Part shown: piece after piece, positions 63,015-64,000 of the stretch
Layout: each line of letters opens with the position of its first letter
Position numbering within the stretch: position 1 is the first letter of the stretch
Virus record (IMG/VR): IMGVR_UViG_3300031760_000051
Location: 2,963-66,962 of that record
Reading direction: 5' to 3' (one strand)
Source: a virus
Length of the DNA stretch: 64,000 bases
Made by a program: the position numbers and the translations under genes
Notes under the pieces: generated by a model
What the model was told of the DNA's origin: nothing
Seen by the model: only the letters and a program-made list of their open reading frames with translations
Database searches by the model: none

Positions 63015-63428
63015 TCACCACAATGCTGTATCGCCAGGACGTCTTTCGGTAAAGTTGTATGGTCTTTCCGATTCTCCGCCGTAATGGATTAACTCGTGAG
63101 TGTTTTTACTACAAGTTATCATAAACTCTGGTTCTAACAGAAATATGGTTCTATTCAAAAAGTCTTCTTGTGTTAATGGTTTCATATGATGGATGAAGAC
63201 TCTACCTCCAATTGGGTATTCCTCACACGCCAAGTCGCATCCCCCATCTCGGAGTATTACATGATTACGAATTTTGTGCCATTCTTTTGAACGGTAGAAT
63301 TCTTGAGTGAGATACCTAAAATACCCGCTATCGTCTTGGTGGTGTTTGTCGCCCAATCGAAGGTAGTTGAATCTTTCCTTGAAAGAATATAACTGGATTA
63401 ACTCTGAATAGGTTCTCTGATTAATCAT
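63015..63428 (-). CDS. HNH endonuclease (packaging-associated)
   Basis: FYRSKEW..RD.GCDLAC..IHHM..THELIH. Confidence 0.85.
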   Translation of the reverse strand: MINQRTYSELIQLYSFKERFNYLRLGDKHHQDDSGYFRYLTQEFYRSKEWHKIRNHVILRDGGCDLACEEYPIGGRVFIHHMKPLTQEDFLNRTIFLLEPEFMITCSKNTHELIHYGGESERPYNFTERRPGDTALW

Positions 63429-63780
63429 AGTAACCATCTTCTTGGTAATCTTCGTCTTCGCCTTCACCATTGTATTCTGCCATCGCCTTTATAGCGTTGT
63501 TGAAAAGTTCTTCGTTACGCACTGCGGCTTCGAGGGCATCTGTCTTTGCCTTAACCAGTTCTTTCTGGAGAAGTAACAGTTCTCGCTCTGTCTTTTCCTT
63601 TTCAGTCGCTAATTTCAGGAAATGGGTAATGACTTGAGACCTTGCAGTACCATCTTTGAGCTGCTGTTCTGCTAAATCCAAAGCCATGTTGATTAGTTGG
63701 TTCTCTCGTGCTTCTGAAGATATAGCTGGACGGGTTCGTCTTGAGCCTTCGTCAGAAGTTTCTTTATACTTTCTTGCCAT
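63421..63780 (-). CDS. Putative terminase small subunit
   Basis: RENQLI.MA.DLAEQQLKDGTA.SQVITHFLK; upstream of HNH and terminase. Confidence 0.6.
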   Translation of the reverse strand: MARKYKETSDEGSRRTRPAISSEARENQLINMALDLAEQQLKDGTARSQVITHFLKLATEKEKTERELLLLQKELVKAKTDALEAAVRNEELFNNAIKAMAEYNGEGEDEDYQEDGYYD

Positions 63781-63802
63781 ATGGGTCATCCTTTCAAATA
63801 TA

Positions 63803-63984
63803 GCGGTTGAGTTTGATTTGCATCATCACGACTTCCTACCGAGTTTTAGATTACTTTAATGTACTTTCTGCACGCTGAAAGGAGACCAGAAAAAGCTGAG
63901 AAAATTAAAGTTGGAGGTTAAAGTATGGTATGTCGAAACCACGTCGGCAGAAAGTCATGAGGACACAAACCAAATATCAACCGC
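63803..63984 (-). ncRNA. About 180-nt structured RNA or leader with a stem of about 38 bp
   Basis: 63944-63984 pairs with 63803-63842; mismatches are mostly G.U only on the minus strand. Confidence 0.6.
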
Positions 63985-64000
63985 CGGTATAAATATCAAG

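Larger units (their letters stand above)
1..64000 (-). mobile_element. Tailed dsDNA bacteriophage (siphovirus morphology), near-complete genome
   Basis: Terminase, portal, protease-capsid, major tail, tape measure, lysis and replication genes in one co-oriented array; no host housekeeping genes; no integrase seen in the window. Confidence 0.97.

Noticed and set aside
592-63859. Plus-strand ORFs in the supplied track
   Set aside because: Nearly all are antisense shadows of minus-strand genes (25616..25801 shadows the candidate ncRNA), lack an SD and have no recognisable motifs
1-64000. Stop-codon reassignment
   Set aside because: Long genes are intact in the standard code, and TAA, TAG and TGA all terminate genes

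Overview
The whole window is a tailed (siphovirus-type) bacteriophage, probably most of its genome, with essentially all genes on the minus strand. The AT-rich composition, GGAGG ribosome-binding sites and CHAP endolysin suggest a Gram-positive (likely clostridial, gut or rumen) host. Read from the right end, the gene order is: small terminase-like gene, HNH, SH3 protein, head-associated proteins, large terminase, a block of fibre/repeat proteins, an uncharacterised six-gene Cys/Gln/Asn-rich cassette, endolysin and holin, portal, protease-major capsid fusion, head-tail and tail genes, a 2612-aa tape measure, minor tail proteins and a RelA/SpoT-like gene. The early/middle region (about 26.6 kb to 1) follows, with a fused helicase-primase-polymerase, SSB, SF2 helicase, ThyX-like enzyme, VRR-NUC and Cas4-like nucleases, and many small genes. 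The most striking unexplained structure is regulatory. There are 22 copies of a fixed-length 26-bp motif (minus-strand consensus TCGY-N7-WCA-N4-MTNTWRTG), and 5' hairpins or Shine-Dalgarno sequences begin at its last G, which points to a phage-specific promoter rather than a sigma-70 promoter. Most copies head a cassette of motif, small gene and G.U-rich hairpin. Three copies are followed directly by structured RNAs of about 228, 72 and 56 nt instead of a gene. A further structured RNA of about 180 nt carrying anti-SD sequences lies at the right end. A shared hydrophobic-x-His N-terminal tag marks several proteins, including the RelA-like enzyme and a gene truncated at the left edge, as possible capsid cargo. 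All calls come from reading motifs by eye; no searches were run.
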